52,205 nucleotides of DNA, from the NCBI GenBank assembly GCA_964479225.1, contig CAYZLL010000004.1:1-52205 (forward strand), given 5' to 3'. The position numbers and the translations under genes are program-made. A model generated the notes under the pieces. The model ran no database searches. It was not told the origin of the DNA and saw nothing but the letters and a program-made list of their open reading frames with translations. Within the stretch, counting starts at the first letter, position 1; every line of letters starts with the position of its first letter. Below, piece by piece: positions 41,142 through 49,143 of the stretch. This DNA is from an uncultured Smithella sp. GTDB lineage: Bacteria; Desulfobacterota; Syntrophia; Syntrophales; Smithellaceae.

Positions 41142-43403
41142 GTGAGTGGGCGTAATCGACGCAAAACAGAAAAAGAAAAAAGAAACTTTCCTGCATTTGC
41201 TGCTGATTTAAAAATCTTTTTTCTTGCTCTGACCATTATTCTTTCCAGTGCCACGGCTTCTTCTGCGCAAACATCCGTTCAGGACAGTTCTGTGCAAATT
41301 GAAGCCGACAGCATGGCGTATGACAGCATCCGCGAAGTTTATCACGCAAAAGGCAAGGTAAAAATAATATACAGTGACGCAGCGCTTTCCGCGGATGAAG
41401 TGGAACTGGAGAATAAAGACAATGTGGCCACCGCTCAGGGTAACGCGTTTTTGAAAATGGGAGAAGACACCCTGCGCGGAGAAAAAATTATTTACAACTT
41501 TGAAGAGAAAACCGGCGCCGCTTATCAGGCTGATGCTTTTTATGCGAGAAATAATTTTTATGTCCGCGGCGATAAAATAGAGAAAACCGGCGAGAGCACC
41601 TATTTGATTCTTCAACCGTGTGCCACAACCTGTGATGGCGACAATCCGGACTGGCAGATTGCCGGCAGTGAAATGAAGGTGACCCTTGAAGGTTTTGGGT
41701 TGATGAAAGACGCCCGCTTTCTGGCCGCAGGATTTCCAGTACTTTATTCCCCGTATCTTCCTTTTCCCGCAAAAACAAAACGACAAACGGGATTGCTTCT
41801 CCCGCATTTCGCTTATTCCCGGGACAAGGATGGCCTGGATATCGAGATTCCATTCTTCTGGGCGATTTCACCGCAGATGGATGCCACTTTTTATCAGCGT
41901 TACATCGAAAAAAGAGGATTGAAGGAAGGCGCGGAGTTCCGATATTATCTGGGGGAAAAATCGGCCGGTTTGTTTTACGGTGATTACCTCGAAGATACTC
42001 GGGATGTGACTGAAATTAAAGATGCCGCCACCCGCCGGGACTGGCAGGGAGCGCACCGGCGGTGGTCTTATTATTTCAATCATCAAACGGATTATGATTC
42101 CCGGTTTTATGTCAGAACCGACCTGAAGAAAGTATCCGATAAATGGTATTTTAAAGATTTTTCCGCTTACAATTATTATCGTGAAAATTATGCCGATTCG
42201 GCGGATGACCATTTTAAAAATGTGTCCTTCAAGGGCGACAAGTCTTTGCGCTATCTGGAATCAACCGCGCGTGTTTACAAGGGCTGGTCCAATATCAATC
42301 TGACAGGATTAATCCATTACACCGAAGATTTTGCGTCTGCCGACAATGATCATACCTTGCAGAAATATCCGGAGATCTCACTAACAGGCGTTAAGCAGCC
42401 GTTATTCAGAACGCCTTTATTTTATGAATTCACCGGCGCTTATGATTATTTATACAGGGGAGAAGGAGACCACGGACATTTTGTGGATTTTACGCCAACC
42501 ATTTCCTGGCCAGTTGATATATTCGGGTATCTGAAATTAACGCCACAGTTTGCTTTTAAAGAAACTCTCTGGAGTCGTGATGAATATCAAAAGGACACTC
42601 AGGATAAAAATGATGACCGGACGATCTATAACGCATCCGTATCTTTGAGCAGCCAACTCTCCCGCGTCTTTGATGTCCAGGGAAAGGGCTGGGAAAAAAT
42701 CAGACACGAAATCAAACCGGAGATCATTTATGCTTATGTTCCCAACGTACAGACGGATGACGTTCCCGATTACTATCTGCCCGTGTCTGCTCCTTTTGTA
42801 TTTCCGACCACACCGCTGTCCAGTAATTCACTGGATGAACAAAGCGCGGTTGCCTGGGCCCTGACCAATACCCTGACGGCCAGGATAAAAGATAAGGATG
42901 GCGCTCACAGCTATCTGGAATTTCTGCGGCTGAAGTTATTTCAGGCTTACGATATTCACGAAGCGGGCAGAGACATGGAGGGGCCGGATGAGGGGAAAAA
43001 ACCTTTCTCCGATCTGGGAATTGAACTGGACATCTCTCCTTCTAAATATTTTTATTTGAAAGCGCGCAGCAGATACAATTTCTATGACAGTTGGAAACAA
43101 AACAATTTTGATTTGCGTCTTCGGGACGGTCGGGGTGATGCGTTGTCCATCGGTTACCGGTACACCGCTGACTTTCTGGAAGAAATCAACGTCGGTCTCA
43201 AAGCTGTTCTCAGCAGAAATATCGATGCCACGTTTGTTTCCAAGTACGATTTGGACAATTCCCGAAGGATAGAAAATTCACTCGGATTGATTTATCACAA
43301 GCAATGCTGGAGCCTGGGAGTCGATGTGACCGAGACCGATGACGACGTTCGCTTCTCGTTTAGAATATCACTGGCCGGTTTCGGAAAGACGGCCAGCAAA
43401 TAG
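41142..43403 (+). CDS. lptD: LPS-assembly outer membrane protein LptD
   Basis: Signal peptide, an OstA-like N-terminal domain (IEADSMAYD...GNAFL), and a large aromatic-rich beta-barrel region. 753 aa, GTG start. Confidence 0.8.
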   Translation: MSGRNRRKTEKEKRNFPAFAADLKIFFLALTIILSSATASSAQTSVQDSSVQIEADSMAYDSIREVYHAKGKVKIIYSDAALSADEVELENKDNVATAQGNAFLKMGEDTLRGEKIIYNFEEKTGAAYQADAFYARNNFYVRGDKIEKTGESTYLILQPCATTCDGDNPDWQIAGSEMKVTLEGFGLMKDARFLAAGFPVLYSPYLPFPAKTKRQTGLLLPHFAYSRDKDGLDIEIPFFWAISPQMDATFYQRYIEKRGLKEGAEFRYYLGEKSAGLFYGDYLEDTRDVTEIKDAATRRDWQGAHRRWSYYFNHQTDYDSRFYVRTDLKKVSDKWYFKDFSAYNYYRENYADSADDHFKNVSFKGDKSLRYLESTARVYKGWSNINLTGLIHYTEDFASADNDHTLQKYPEISLTGVKQPLFRTPLFYEFTGAYDYLYRGEGDHGHFVDFTPTISWPVDIFGYLKLTPQFAFKETLWSRDEYQKDTQDKNDDRTIYNASVSLSSQLSRVFDVQGKGWEKIRHEIKPEIIYAYVPNVQTDDVPDYYLPVSAPFVFPTTPLSSNSLDEQSAVAWALTNTLTARIKDKDGAHSYLEFLRLKLFQAYDIHEAGRDMEGPDEGKKPFSDLGIELDISPSKYFYLKARSRYNFYDSWKQNNFDLRLRDGRGDALSIGYRYTADFLEEINVGLKAVLSRNIDATFVSKYDLDNSRRIENSLGLIYHKQCWSLGVDVTETDDDVRFSFRISLAGFGKTASK

Positions 43404-43486
43404 AATTTCCCCGGCTGACCAGGTACCCTGGCTGTTGTGGATATAATTTCAGGCCGGACATTTCCGTGATAACGATTCTATAGAAA

Positions 43487-45010
43487 ATGATGATGGATAC
43501 TCTTATTTTAGCCGCAACCAGTTTTATCATTTCGATCTCGTTGATGATTACGGGAAAGAAAGACAAGTTGCAGGCGTCTTTCGCCGGATTGTGCGCGGTC
43601 GTTTTTACCTCACAGGTGACCGTTACGCTGGGAAATTATTTTCCTTTCGGTTTTCTGATGATCATCCGATACCTGGGCTTGCTGGCCGTGGCGCCGCTGA
43701 CGCTTTTGTTTTTCCGTTATCTGACCAGAGAACGGTCATTCATTTCCAGGAAAATATTCGCCGTATTTGTTTTGATCAGCTTCTGCGCCGCTTTGTTTGT
43801 TTTTACACCCCTGGCGCGCGCCACCTGGTTTTATACGGTATTATTGTGCTACATAATTTTTGTCTTAGTCTTCTGTTATTTTGCACTGCTGTGGCATGTA
43901 ACAAAATTGCCGGACGCAACGGAAAAACGACGCCTCGGTTATCTGCTGGCTGCCTGTCCCTTCGCCTTGATATTAAGCCATCTGGATTTGTTGAACAACC
44001 GGGGATTGAACCTGCCGGTGGTCAGCGGGATGGTCATATCGCTGCTGCTGTACTTTGTTTTACTGATTATTGCTTACCCGCAGCTCCAGAAACTGCATGA
44101 TTTTTTTGCCCGCTCCCTGGTTATTTTGGTCAGCACCGTCACCGGCGCTGTCATTCTTTATTTTGTGGTCGGATTTTTCAACGGCACCCCGCCTTTTTCC
44201 GGATTACTGGTGGCCTCTTTCCTGATTGTCATTTCCCTCTCGCCGATGCGCATGATTTTGAGAAAAATATTCAGTTACTTTTATCCCGAAAGCAGGGATG
44301 TCTTTACGTCTCTTTATGAATTTGACGAAAAGCTGGAAAGAGAAAAAGACATGATGCTGGCAGAAATGGCGCCTGTCCTGGCCCATGAAATTCGCAATCC
44401 GCTGGGTTCCATCAAAGGGGCCGCTCAATATCTGCAAGAGGAAGCGGCCAATGATGAACAGAGGAAACTCTTGAATGTTATTGTTGAAGGGGCGGACAGG
44501 CTGAATGATGTCGTCAGCCGTTTTCTCGAATATACGCGCCCCCATCAACTGAACCTGAAACGCCATAACATTAATGGTATTATTAAAAAAACCATTGCGC
44601 TGATTGCCGCTAATAAGCTAATGGAAAAAATTAACATCATCGAGGAGCTGGATGAAAGTCTGCCCGCGGCGGAAGTGGATGACCAGCAATTGATGCAAGT
44701 TATTTTGAATTTAACTTTAAACGCCATAGAGTCTATGCCACAAGGCGGAACGTTGACTTTTCGCACAACCGGTCCGGAAGCAGATGCCGAAGGCATGATA
44801 ACGCTCTCCATCCGTGATACGGGACGTGGTATCAGTAAAAATGATATCAAAAATATATTTAAACCGTTTTTTACAACCAAGGAAAGGGGCGTGGGCCTTG
44901 GTCTGGCCATCTGTCAGAAGATCATCAAGGAGCATGGCGGCAGCATCAGCGTGGAATCAGATCCCTCAAGAGGTACCGAATTTCTCATCAAGATTAAAAC
45001 GGCCGGATGA
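43487..45010 (+). CDS. Sensor histidine kinase with polytopic membrane N-terminal domain
   Basis: About 6-7 TM helices, H-box LAHEIRNPLGSI, N-box LNLTLNAIESM, G-boxes IRDTGRGI and GVGLGLAI. Confidence 0.88.
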   Translation: MMMDTLILAATSFIISISLMITGKKDKLQASFAGLCAVVFTSQVTVTLGNYFPFGFLMIIRYLGLLAVAPLTLLFFRYLTRERSFISRKIFAVFVLISFCAALFVFTPLARATWFYTVLLCYIIFVLVFCYFALLWHVTKLPDATEKRRLGYLLAACPFALILSHLDLLNNRGLNLPVVSGMVISLLLYFVLLIIAYPQLQKLHDFFARSLVILVSTVTGAVILYFVVGFFNGTPPFSGLLVASFLIVISLSPMRMILRKIFSYFYPESRDVFTSLYEFDEKLEREKDMMLAEMAPVLAHEIRNPLGSIKGAAQYLQEEAANDEQRKLLNVIVEGADRLNDVVSRFLEYTRPHQLNLKRHNINGIIKKTIALIAANKLMEKINIIEELDESLPAAEVDDQQLMQVILNLTLNAIESMPQGGTLTFRTTGPEADAEGMITLSIRDTGRGISKNDIKNIFKPFFTTKERGVGLGLAICQKIIKEHGGSISVESDPSRGTEFLIKIKTAG

Positions 45011-45068
45011 AGTCCGCAACAAGTCATTGACGCTTGATTTAAAATCGAAAGCGTAATAATTACAAGTC

Positions 45069-46442
45069 ATGAAAAAGATTTTAATCGTTGATGATGAACT
45101 GAATATGCGGCTGGTTTTGTCTGCCATGCTGAAGAAGGAAGGCTTTGAGGTTTCTTCCGCGGCCAACGGAAGAGAAGCTTTGCAGATTCTGCAATCAGCC
45201 GGCATAGCCGTCGTCATCACCGATTTAAAAATGCCCGATATCGATGGGATGGCTTTACTCTCCCGTGTTTCCGAGCAGTATCCGGAAATTCCCGTGATTA
45301 TGATTACCGCTCACGGGACCATCGCCACGGCCGTGGAAGCATTGAAAAAAGGCGCGTTTGATTACATTACCAAGCCTTTCGATCTGGATGATTTGAAAAA
45401 CATCATTGCCAAAGCCGTCAAAACGCAAGCTTTAAAAGAAAACGAATTGTCCGTCGCGCCGTCAGAAATTGAGCGCATCGGCATGATCGGGACCAGTCCC
45501 AAAACAATGGAATTATTCGATGCCATTAAACGGGTGGCGCCGACAACCACAACCGTCATGGTCACCGGTGAAACAGGCACAGGCAAAGAGCTGGTTGCCG
45601 ATGCCATTCATCACAACTCTCCGCGCAAAGACAGACCGCTGATAAAAATAAACTGCGCTGCGATTGCCGAAACATTGATGGAGAGTGAACTCTTCGGTTA
45701 CGAAAAAGGCGCTTTCACCGGAGCCATGGTGACCAAGCCGGGTAAATTTGAACTGGCGCACAAGGGGACTCTTTTTCTTGATGAAGTGGCTGAAATTCCG
45801 CGCGAAATGCAGGTAAAACTCCTTCGTGTTATTCAGGAACGCGAATTCGAACGGGTAGGCGGATTGAGAACAATCAAGGTGGACGTCCGCATTATCGCCG
45901 CAACTAACCGCAACCTGGCCCGTGAGGTCAAGGCGGGGAACTTTCGCGAAGATTTATATTATCGCCTCAATATTTTCCCGATCGACATTTCCCCGTTGCG
46001 CGAAAGAAAGGAAGACATCCCGCCTCTGGTCGATTATTTTCTGGAGAAATTTAACAAAAAAATGGAACTGTCCGTTGGTATGGACAGCGACGTGAAAGAA
46101 ATGCTTATGCGCCATGAGTGGCCGGGCAATATTCGCGAATTGGAAAATCTCATCGAACGCATGATATTAATGGCGAAACATAACCGGATTACCGAACAGG
46201 AAATTCCACTCGAATTTAAAGAAGCGGTCAATCAAACTGCGCCTGTGTCGTCCGATGATATTGAAAAGCCTTATAAAGAGCATCTGCGTGACCAGGTGGG
46301 GAATGTGGAGAGGCAGATGATTATTCAATGCCTTGATGAAACCGGCGGTAATGTGACTCAGGCCGCCAAAAAAATGGGCCTGAGCCGCAAAGGATTGCAG
46401 TTGAAAATGATCAAATATAATTTACGCAAAGACGCAAAATAA
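45069..46442 (+). CDS. Sigma54-dependent response regulator (NtrC family)
   Basis: Receiver domain (ITDLKMPDIDG), AAA+ Walker A GETGTGKE, GAFTGA sigma54-contact motif, and a C-terminal Fis-type HTH. Confidence 0.92.
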   Translation: MKKILIVDDELNMRLVLSAMLKKEGFEVSSAANGREALQILQSAGIAVVITDLKMPDIDGMALLSRVSEQYPEIPVIMITAHGTIATAVEALKKGAFDYITKPFDLDDLKNIIAKAVKTQALKENELSVAPSEIERIGMIGTSPKTMELFDAIKRVAPTTTTVMVTGETGTGKELVADAIHHNSPRKDRPLIKINCAAIAETLMESELFGYEKGAFTGAMVTKPGKFELAHKGTLFLDEVAEIPREMQVKLLRVIQEREFERVGGLRTIKVDVRIIAATNRNLAREVKAGNFREDLYYRLNIFPIDISPLRERKEDIPPLVDYFLEKFNKKMELSVGMDSDVKEMLMRHEWPGNIRELENLIERMILMAKHNRITEQEIPLEFKEAVNQTAPVSSDDIEKPYKEHLRDQVGNVERQMIIQCLDETGGNVTQAAKKMGLSRKGLQLKMIKYNLRKDAK

Positions 46443-46479
46443 AATAACGCGTATCCATATTATTCAAGGAGAATCAAAA

Positions 46480-46707
46480 ATGAATTTCAAAATGGGGCTG
46501 ATGGCAATTCTGGTTTTTTTTGCCCTGATCTTTGTGGCTCAGAACATCGATGTTGTGACGATGAAATTTCTCTTGTGGGAGATTTCGATGTCGCGGGCGG
46601 TGCTGCTTTTTTTCTCTCTGTTAACAGGATTTATTGTCGGCTGGCTTCTGCACAGCTACCTGTCCTATCGCAAAGACAAAAAAGAATTTTCCAATTACAA
46701 ACCGTAA
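46480..46707 (+). CDS. LapA-domain (DUF1049) small inner-membrane protein
   Basis: 75 aa with two TM helices and a basic C-terminal tail. The layout is typical of the lipopolysaccharide assembly protein A domain. Confidence 0.6.
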   Translation: MNFKMGLMAILVFFALIFVAQNIDVVTMKFLLWEISMSRAVLLFFSLLTGFIVGWLLHSYLSYRKDKKEFSNYKP

Positions 46708-46803
46708 AGCGCAGTATAAAATGGCGGAAAAGTTTCGACGGTGGCATGAATCGGTCTAGACAAAAAATGTACCAGTGCCCTATATTTTCAATAATATGCT
46801 TCT

Positions 46804-47811
46804 TCAATCATTATTTTTGAAACTTAGGGAGAAATAATCACGCAACGGAGACCATTCTTTAATCTTTGTCGTAACATCAACAAACCAAACAAATATTAAT
46901 GATATTAAAACCATTAAAAACTTGTTTTGCAACGCCTCTCTCTGTTTTCGCAGCTCAAAATCAGCGGATGATTCGCCTTCTCTTCTTGTACTTGAACCCA
47001 TTAGTCCCGTCATCAGAATTGCATATAGAAAGATGATAGTATACTTTGTTAACAATGAAAATATTGTAAAAAATATGTTGTTGTTAGTAATATATGTCAT
47101 TCTAAAAACAAAAATAAAAACAGAAAAGAAAAACAAAAGGCTGATAGTCCATGATGCAGTTTCAGACAGGTCAAGAAAAATACATATATAAAAGATAACT
47201 ATTGTGCCTATTATGCTGCCTATTGTTATTGCAGCGTCCGTATAATCTTTGTAAATAACCAATTTACCATTGAAATGAAGAAAAACTGAGATAACTGAAA
47301 TCAATAAAAGTGCGATGATAATATATTTTACAGTTTGATTTTTACTTTCACTCTCTGTCTGCTGCGTAGATTCTGTTGGCAGCTCAGATTTTTGTTTAAT
47401 ATTTTGTGTTTCTGCCTTTTGCGGCGCAGGAGAAACTTCTGTAGTCGCTGGATTCTGAGTTAAAGTTAATAGTCTCGCCTCTAATTCCGATTTCCTTTGA
47501 GTTGTAAGTTTTGTCAATGCGTCGGTATAAAATTGACTACCTTTGTGACCCTCAGAAAATGCTTTTCCATCGCGTGTTTTTATCCATTCTCGTTGCTCGT
47601 CTCTGAGAATAATTTTTTCAGGTTCACGAAGAACTGACATCAATTCTTTATAAATGCCATTAATATCTTTTTCAGCCGTTTCGAATTCATTTGACGTTTC
47701 AATGTACTGTTTATATTCTTCATCCGATATTTCAGGACTGTTTAAATCAGCCCATGCAAATGATACGAACAAAAATACACACAGCAACGACCTCATAATA
47801 GTTGCAACCAT
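46804..47811 (-). CDS. Signal peptide plus DUF1311 (LprI-like) periplasmic domain fused to a ~5-TM membrane domain
   Basis: Signal peptide MRSLLCVFLFVSFAWA. DUF1311-like core (INGIYKELMSVL...LRDEQREWIKTRD). A Thr/Gln/Glu/Ser-rich linker is followed by about five hydrophobic helices. Very AT-rich. The start is uncertain: ATG 47811, ATG 47829 or GTG 47856. Confidence 0.55.
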   Translation of the reverse strand: MVATIMRSLLCVFLFVSFAWADLNSPEISDEEYKQYIETSNEFETAEKDINGIYKELMSVLREPEKIILRDEQREWIKTRDGKAFSEGHKGSQFYTDALTKLTTQRKSELEARLLTLTQNPATTEVSPAPQKAETQNIKQKSELPTESTQQTESESKNQTVKYIIIALLLISVISVFLHFNGKLVIYKDYTDAAITIGSIIGTIVIFYICIFLDLSETASWTISLLFFFSVFIFVFRMTYITNNNIFFTIFSLLTKYTIIFLYAILMTGLMGSSTRREGESSADFELRKQREALQNKFLMVLISLIFVWFVDVTTKIKEWSPLRDYFSLSFKNND

Positions 47812-47858
47812 TTTTTCATCCTTGTCCATAAAAAATGTTTGTATGGATTTGTACACTA

Positions 47859-47971
47859 ATCTATATGCCGCTCAATATATTGCCAACAGAATGCATGCCG
47901 CTGCGAGAAATGCTCGTCATGAAACGAAGAGAGAACATCAAACAAAATTGAACTGCCTTTAGGGCATAGAT
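47859..47971. repeat. 113-bp segment bounded by short imperfect inverted repeats and flanked by TA/TA
   Basis: Left end ATCTAT(AT)GCC (47859-47869) pairs with right end GGCATAGAT (47963-47971). TA dinucleotides lie at 47857-58 and 47972-73. Confidence 0.3.
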
Positions 47972-48006
47972 TAGGATAGTCCATAGCTACTCCAAAGGAA
48001 TGAAAG

Positions 48007-48035
48007 CGGGGTGTGGCGCGATAATCCACACCCCG
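48007..48035 (-). terminator. GC-rich hairpin just downstream of the 71-aa gene
   Basis: CGGGGTGTGG / CCACACCCCG form a 10-bp stem with a 9-nt loop, starting 7 nt after the stop codon. The minus-strand tail CTTTCATTCCTTT is only moderately T-rich. Confidence 0.5.
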
Positions 48036-48041
48036 AGTGTA

Positions 48042-48254
48042 CTATTTCAAGGCGCCCCAAGCCTGCCACTTATTGCAGGTATTGCTGGCCTGTTTGTCTT
48101 GGCCTTTCCAAGGACCGCCTTGAAGTAGACATTTGCCTTTGGAGCTTGAAGAATCCACAGTGACTCGCTGACCGAATTTGTCTACTTGACGGCTTCCTCC
48201 CCAGAAATTACAAACCGCACAGTTCTTGAAGCTTTTAGGCCAACTTTGAGACAT
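48042..48254 (-). CDS. Small Cys/Trp-rich protein of unknown function (71 aa)
   Basis: ATG 48254 is preceded by AAGGAGA. The product is MSQSWPKSFKNCAVCNFWGGSRQ...GKCLLQGGPW...NTCNKWQAW, with 4 Cys (CxxC plus two single Cys) and 5 Trp. A hairpin follows the stop. Confidence 0.6.
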   Translation of the reverse strand: MSQSWPKSFKNCAVCNFWGGSRQVDKFGQRVTVDSSSSKGKCLLQGGPWKGQDKQASNTCNKWQAWGALK

Positions 48255-48546
48255 TTCATTTCTCCTTTTCTTGTTTGCCACTCTTTCGTTAGTCAGATCA
48301 ATATGAGGTGGCTTTCATACTAATCTAACCTCTTATTAATAAATACTCTATATCTCCAATATTTATTTAATTCATTTTTCCGTAAATTTAAAACCATTCA
48401 TGTCTTTTAGCGGGGAATACTCTAACAGACTAATGTTCTGAGCTAATATATCTTTTCTTGTTGCTTCAGCTCGCGTTGATTTATGATATTTATTATGGAA
48501 TTCATAATTTTCCCAAAATAACTATACGGCAACAAGACAAAGCTTA

Positions 48547-49131
48547 TTATGCCAACTTTCTAGTTTGAGACTTGTACAGGTTATCAGCCTGTTGTAACAA
48601 GTGGTCATTATTATAAAGTTCTTCTGCAACTTGTTTCCATGTAATATGCTTTTTTTCAAAGACTTCGAGAGTACCTTTTCTGCCCCATGTTTTAGAATTC
48701 GTAAAATACTTTGATGATGCAAGCGCCACCACGTAAGTACTTATTTTCTCAAGTCCGGGGAGAGTCTTGATATATTCCCTGTCTTGTGCAAACTCTTCAT
48801 TTTGTTTAGGACTAAAGCTCTCAAAGACTTTTGCTTCAATGATTATGATTGCACTTTCCCCAAACAGACAGAGATCAAATGTCCTCTTTTGTGGCAATTC
48901 TCTTTGCCGAACGGATTCATCCATCTGCCAAAGAAAATCTCGATAGAAACATACTTCATAGCCAATGTCCCATTCACCATCCTTGCTGACATCTAATTTT
49001 AATGTATCAATCAGCCATTGAGCAAATTTTCCCGGATCTTCGCTGGCTTTCTGGTAGAGAACAGAGCAGAAAAACCGTTCATCTCTTGTCAGGTCAGACC
49101 ATTTATTGTCTTTGAAATAAGAAATACCCAT
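48547..49131 (-). CDS. Operon gene C: PD-(D/E)xK-like nuclease-fold protein (194 aa)
   Basis: The motif order is E59, D86 (TFDLCLF) and E99-x-K101 (IIIIEAKV), with hydrophobic strands in the expected places. An AGGAGGA RBS overlaps the stop codon of gene B. Confidence 0.6.
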   Translation of the reverse strand: MGISYFKDNKWSDLTRDERFFCSVLYQKASEDPGKFAQWLIDTLKLDVSKDGEWDIGYEVCFYRDFLWQMDESVRQRELPQKRTFDLCLFGESAIIIIEAKVFESFSPKQNEEFAQDREYIKTLPGLEKISTYVVALASSKYFTNSKTWGRKGTLEVFEKKHITWKQVAEELYNNDHLLQQADNLYKSQTRKLA

Positions 49132-49143
49132 GTAGATTTCCTC

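Noticed and set aside
46708-46803. A check for a tRNA gene or attachment-site repeat at the left boundary of the AT-rich segment.
   Set aside because: The 96-nt spacer has no cloverleaf-compatible arms. I also saw no direct repeat matching sequence near the IS630 junction.
47654-47962. A 102-aa plus-strand ORF spanning the 5' end of the DUF1311-membrane gene and the adjacent spacer.
   Set aside because: It is antisense to a gene with a clear signal peptide and domain structure. It has no RBS and low-complexity AT-driven composition.
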